NCBI RefSeq assembly: GCF_006345805.1
Contig: NC_042998.1
Location: 11,098,001-11,162,000 of the forward strand
Direction of reading: 5' to 3'
DNA: 64,000 nucleotides
Source of the DNA: Octopus sinensis
Lineage: Eukaryota
A program made the position numbers and the translations under genes. Of the stretch, positions 59,385 to 64,000 are shown one piece after another (the first letter of the stretch is position 1; each line of letters begins with the position of its first letter). The notes below the pieces were generated by a model. That model was not told the origin of the DNA. It saw nothing but the letters and a program-made list of their open reading frames with translations, and made no database searches.

Positions 59385-60520
59385 TAGTCTTTTATTTCTC
59401 AGAACATTCGGTCTTGTTTGTTCTGCTAGATTCTGTGGGGGCGAACAACAGCCTTCCGTCAGGGGTCTCGCAGGGTCTCATTCTGCACATTATAAGCTTT
59501 GGTGCCTGGTTGTTAATTATCGTGGGAGGCATTCAACATCCGCGTACCAATCTCAAAATCCTAGCTGTCCCCAACAGAGCACTTGCTATTTGGACTTGCT
59601 CTGCTCTCATGTCAATTCCGATTTCTTTCACATATTTTCTCGAACTACCTTATAAGTCCTCCGAGTGCCTGGAATCACAGACACCCTCCTCATAGTCCTC
59701 ATTCTTGCAATTTCGTCTTTTAGTAGTCTGTACATTTCAATCTTTTCTACTTCTTTATCACTTATGCGTTCATCTCCAGGTATTGCAATATCTGTGATAT
59801 TGGTTTCCTTTTTTCCTATACTCTTACTCTTTTACTCTTTTACTTGTTTCAGTCATTTGACTGCGACCATGCTGGAGCACCGCCTTTAGTCGAGCAAATC
59901 GACCCCGGGACTTATTCTTTGTAAGCCCAGTACTTATTCTATCGAACTCTTTTGCCGAACCGCTAAGTAACGGGGACACAAACACACCAGCATCGGTTGT
60001 CAAGCAATGCTAGGGGGACAAACACACACACACACAAACACACATACACATATATATTCGACAGGCTTCTTTCAGTTTCCGTCTACCAAATCCACTCACA
60101 AGGCATTGGTCGGCCAGAGGCTATAGTAGAAGACACTTGCCCAAGGTGCCACGCAGTGGGACCGAACCCGGAACCATGTGGTTGGTTAGCAAGCTACTTA
60201 CCACACTGCCACTCCAATATATATATACTTCAACAATATCATGTCTCCGAGCTTCGATTAGGGAATCACATTGGATTGAAAAATCCTATACTATCTTATG
60301 TTCCTTGCTCTCGGTCACTCCTTCTGGTTCCTGTTCGTACCATTTCCATGCTCTATTCAGGTCGTACTTTACACATAGCCCCCAATGGACAAACGTAATA
60401 AGGTTATGTAGTGCTTCCTTTCGTAATGCTTTTGGGCCAGCTTGCCACACTCACCCACAATATATGAAATTGTTTCGTTTCTGCTGCCATACACCCTAGA
60501 AAGGAGCGACTCGCTATTCT
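59385..60520 (-). mobile_element. R4/Dong 3' fragment split by a SINE
   Basis: ETISYIVGECGKLAQKHY..VHWGLCVKY..KWYEQEPEG..DFSIQCD..EARRHDIV | SINE | KETNITDIAIPGDERISDKEVEK..LLGTARILR. Confidence 0.85.
59821..60215 (-). mobile_element. Major-family tRNA-derived SINE
   Basis: Full-length homolog of 14911-15337. Confidence 0.92.
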
Positions 60521-60559
60521 TATCTATTTGGAACTTAGTGTAATGTCTCGACCTATCCT

Positions 60560-60680
60560 TTCTTCCTTTCGTGGTCGATTAGTTAAATACCAGAGAAAAA
60601 CTGGGGTCGATGTAATCGACTTATCCCCTCCCCTAGAATTGCTGCCTTTGTGGCAAAATTTGAAACCATTATTATCATAA
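60560..60680 (+). mobile_element. SINE 3' part (GGTCGACT core family) with (TTA)n tail
   Basis: actggggtcgatgtaatcgactt...aaatttgaaaccattatt. Confidence 0.75.
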
Positions 60681-60682
60681 TC

Positions 60683-60694
<12 letters not shown>

Positions 60695-60740
<46 letters not shown>

Positions 60741-60748
60741 GTGTTGTT

Positions 60749-60798
<50 letters not shown>

Positions 60799-60848
60799 TG
60801 ATGATAATGATGATGATTATGATGATGATGATGATGATAATGATGATA

Positions 60849-60889
<41 letters not shown>

Positions 60890-60980
60890 AATAATAATAA
60901 TAATAATAATAATGATGATGATTATTATGATGATGATGATGATGATGATAATGATGATGAGGATGATGATGATGATGATG

Positions 60981-61040
<60 letters not shown>
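60695..61040. repeat. Compound (TTA)n/(TAA)n/(ATG)n trinucleotide array
   Basis: Directly visible; source of the poly-I/N/D/M/H ORFs. Confidence 0.95.
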
Positions 61041-61466
61041 TGATAATAGCAACAAATAAATAAATGAATAAAAAATATATAAATCATAGATGAAAGAGTG
61101 TTATATACTAGTTAACAATGCAGTTGTTGAAAAGAGATCGGCATCTTTAAGGGATATCAAGCTACCGACACTCTCTGGTTTGTTTATCTACACTCCTCTG
61201 TGGTTATCACATCATGTATCCGTGTTTGTTTTGTGTATTTATGTCAGTGTGTCTGTACATCTGTATGTCTGTGTGTGTATGTATGCATGCATATATATAT
61301 GTATGTATGTATATATATAGACATACACACACATACACGCACACATATATATATTTATAAACACCCTTTATGTATGTATGTATTTATGTATGTATGCATA
61401 TAGACATACGGACATAATTATATATATATATATAAAATATATCTGTCTCTATATACATATATACAT

Positions 61467-61522
<56 letters not shown>

Positions 61523-62344
61523 TATATATATACATATATATATGTATGTATGTATATAGAGACATATATGTTATACATGCACACACACATACACATGCGC
61601 GTATACAAACACACATATATATGTATATACTTATGTACGAATGTCTATATGCATACATACATAAATACATATATACTTAAAGGGTGTGTATAAATATATA
61701 TATATGTGTGTGTGTGTGTGTATATCTATATATATACATACATACATGCATACATATATATTCATATATGTATATATGCGGTGCATGCGTATATGGGTGT
61801 GTGTACATGCGCGTGTGTGTAGATGTGTAGAGAGCATGCATAAATTATGTCAGAAAAGAAAATGTAGGATCATAAGTCCAATAATTAGGTGAACTAAATC
61901 ATTTTGACGAAGAATTTATACTTAATAAAGGCTCTTTCTTCTCATCAGGAAAATGTGTTTCTTTTCCCAGCGAGTGTTCTAGTATATAACATAGATTTAC
62001 TTGTTGTTGTTTTTGGTGAAGGCAGTGGTGGCGTTGGTGGCGTGGCGGTGGTGGTGTTGGTGGTGCCAGCGTCGACGGTGGTGGCGCCAGCTGCTTTGAC
62101 AGCGGTGGCAGTGGTGTTGGTGCTACATGTTATAATCTTACATTATTTGTTTTGCTCATTTTATTAAGTTTTCTTCGGTTCCGTATGAAAGTTTTGGCGT
62201 TATAATGATCGTATTTACTACGTTTATATGCATATGTTATTATGTTATAATGAGTGTCTATGCGAGTTTTGTAGTCGTGTAATTACTCACTTAAAGTTAA
62301 CGTACGAAACGTTAAGACATCTGAATTACACGAGGTAAACTAAT

Positions 62345-62480
62345 ATGAAATTTGTCGGCTTTGCTTTTCATACATCCCGCATCGATAAAATAAGTACCTC
62401 TGGAACATTGGTTTCGGTGTAATTGACTTACTGTCCCCCTTAAAATTGCCAGAATTTTGCTACAATTTAAAACCAATATT
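62345..62480 (-). mobile_element. Diverged SINE fragment (GGTCGACT core family)
   Basis: Core-like gtcggctttgcttttcatacatcccgcatcgataaaataagtacc is present in the plus-strand reading; orientation and limits uncertain. Confidence 0.5.
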
Positions 62481-62949
62481 AATTCGTGAGACACTGATCA
62501 TGAATGAACGAATGTAATCTGACAAGAGAGGCCATCACTAACTTTAAGATCTACTACAGTGATTAAAGTTAGATCAATTTATTCAGATTCCAATTCAAAT
62601 TAGTTGTGGGTGTTACGTTGAAATAGATGAGAGTTCCTTTGTCTGTAATATTTACTCGGTCAGTCGGCATGAATATTCAGATTTGACAAAGACTGGCGGG
62701 CCAGAGATGACGTGGTCAACTGTTTCATTGTGCCGGTTGCACATTCAGCGTTTGATGTTAAGGCATGTTTTCATTATTTTGCTTTCATAGTTATTTGTGG
62801 TCAGGTTTTGGTCTTCTGCAGTCCTTCAATTTAAGCTTTTAGTCCAGAGCTTTTGAGCCATTGTTGGCATAATTTGTGGGATATTTATTGAAAACGCATT
62901 GGGGATTCTGTCATTAGTGTGAACGGTGTCTTTTCTGAACCGTTCTGTA

Positions 62950-64000
62950 TCAAGCGCTCGGTTCGTCAAGTATGTCTGCTCTCCTCCCTTTTTTGTGTAC
63001 TGGCTCTCGAGCCCTTAATGCAGAAGTTGGAGGGTATAAGTGACGTCCTGTGAGATCTCGGTTTTGGAAGATCAGTGACGATGTACGCGGGTGATATCAC
63101 CATCATCATATCTGAGGCTAAACACCTACAGTGGGTAGTTAAAGCCATTCAAGAAGACGAGGCGGTAGCAGGATCCATAATCAACCAGGAAAAGTCGGTC
63201 AGCTTGCAGCTCGGTACCTGGAGAGGTAAGTCTATGCCGTCCAACAGATTCGTCGGACGTTGGATGGACAATCCGGTAAAAATGCTAGAGGTTTGGTTTG
63301 GTCCAGACCTCCAGTTAGAGAAAACTTGGAGCGAGGTCACGAGCAGGTTGACCCATTTAAGTCAGACCTGGTCTGGGCGATGGTTAACCCTGAAAGGTAG
63401 GGTGGAGGTTGCAAATGTGTTTATCGCATCTGTGATCATCTATCATCTAACCGTCGTGCTTGGCACCGATTCGTAGCTAAGCAATTTGGAACGGTTGCTT
63501 TCTCGCTTCTTGTCAAAGGGCAAAGGACATCATGTGAGGCGCTCTATCTGTTGCCAACAACAGTTAAAGGGTAGGCTAGGGTTGCCTTGGCTGATGTGGT
63601 CTCCGTTCGTCAAACTGTTGCTTCCTAGATTCATTAGTTTTAGTGATCGAGAACCATGAATCAAACGTAGACCAAAATTGGGTGCTTGGCAGGCCGAGTC
63701 TTGTAAGGCACTCGTGCTCCTCACCGCACAGGTAATGCTGGTAGCGTGATTTCCACCTCGACATTCAATAGAGGGTTGGTAGAGGCAAAGTGTGATGACG
63801 CGTTAGGAGAAATCCCAGACTTCGACGATGGTCTGTTCGAAAGGGCATTCGGGCCGAGACCCTTGGACAACTTCCAGAGGTCCCTAGCCTTGCAATGTTA
63901 CCTAGGAGCCTTACCAGTTCATGATAAACTCGCAAAGCACGGTACCTTATGCTCATCCACCTGCCCAATATGTGGGTGTGGCACCGAAACTGTTCCGCAT
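62950..64000 (+). pseudogene. Decayed Tx1-clade LINE ORF2 (RT to C-terminal Zn finger), runs off the window
   Basis: RSVRQVCLLSSLFCVLALEPL, MYAGDITII, IINQEKS, WSGRWLTLKGRVEVAN, and CPICGCGTETVPH at the window end. Confidence 0.88.

Overview
AT-rich, repeat-saturated eukaryotic DNA with no host protein-coding gene I can recognise. The SINE families and microsatellite load resemble octopod cephalopod DNA (inferred from repeat families, not proven). Contents: (1) a near-full-length R4/Dong-type RLE non-LTR retrotransposon (55251-59211, minus) set in (TAA)n arrays, plus at least eight further R4/Dong remnants, mostly clustered at 46-60.5 kb; (2) Penelope-like (PLE) RT and GIY-YIG remnants and several families of short PLE-terminal-like units carrying hammerhead-ribozyme-like folds (one canonical core at 2346-2407, variant cores elsewhere) whose 3' ends abut (TA)n; (3) Tx1/L1-like, CR1-like, Tc1/mariner, piggyBac-type, Helitron and MITE remnants; (4) many tRNA-derived SINEs, several with clear target-site duplications; (5) several local inverted duplications, at least one of which looks like a read or assembly artefact. 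Almost all ORFs in the supplied track are microsatellite translations or antisense to transposon ORFs. Coordinates and alignments were read by eye; transposon remnant boundaries are approximate.
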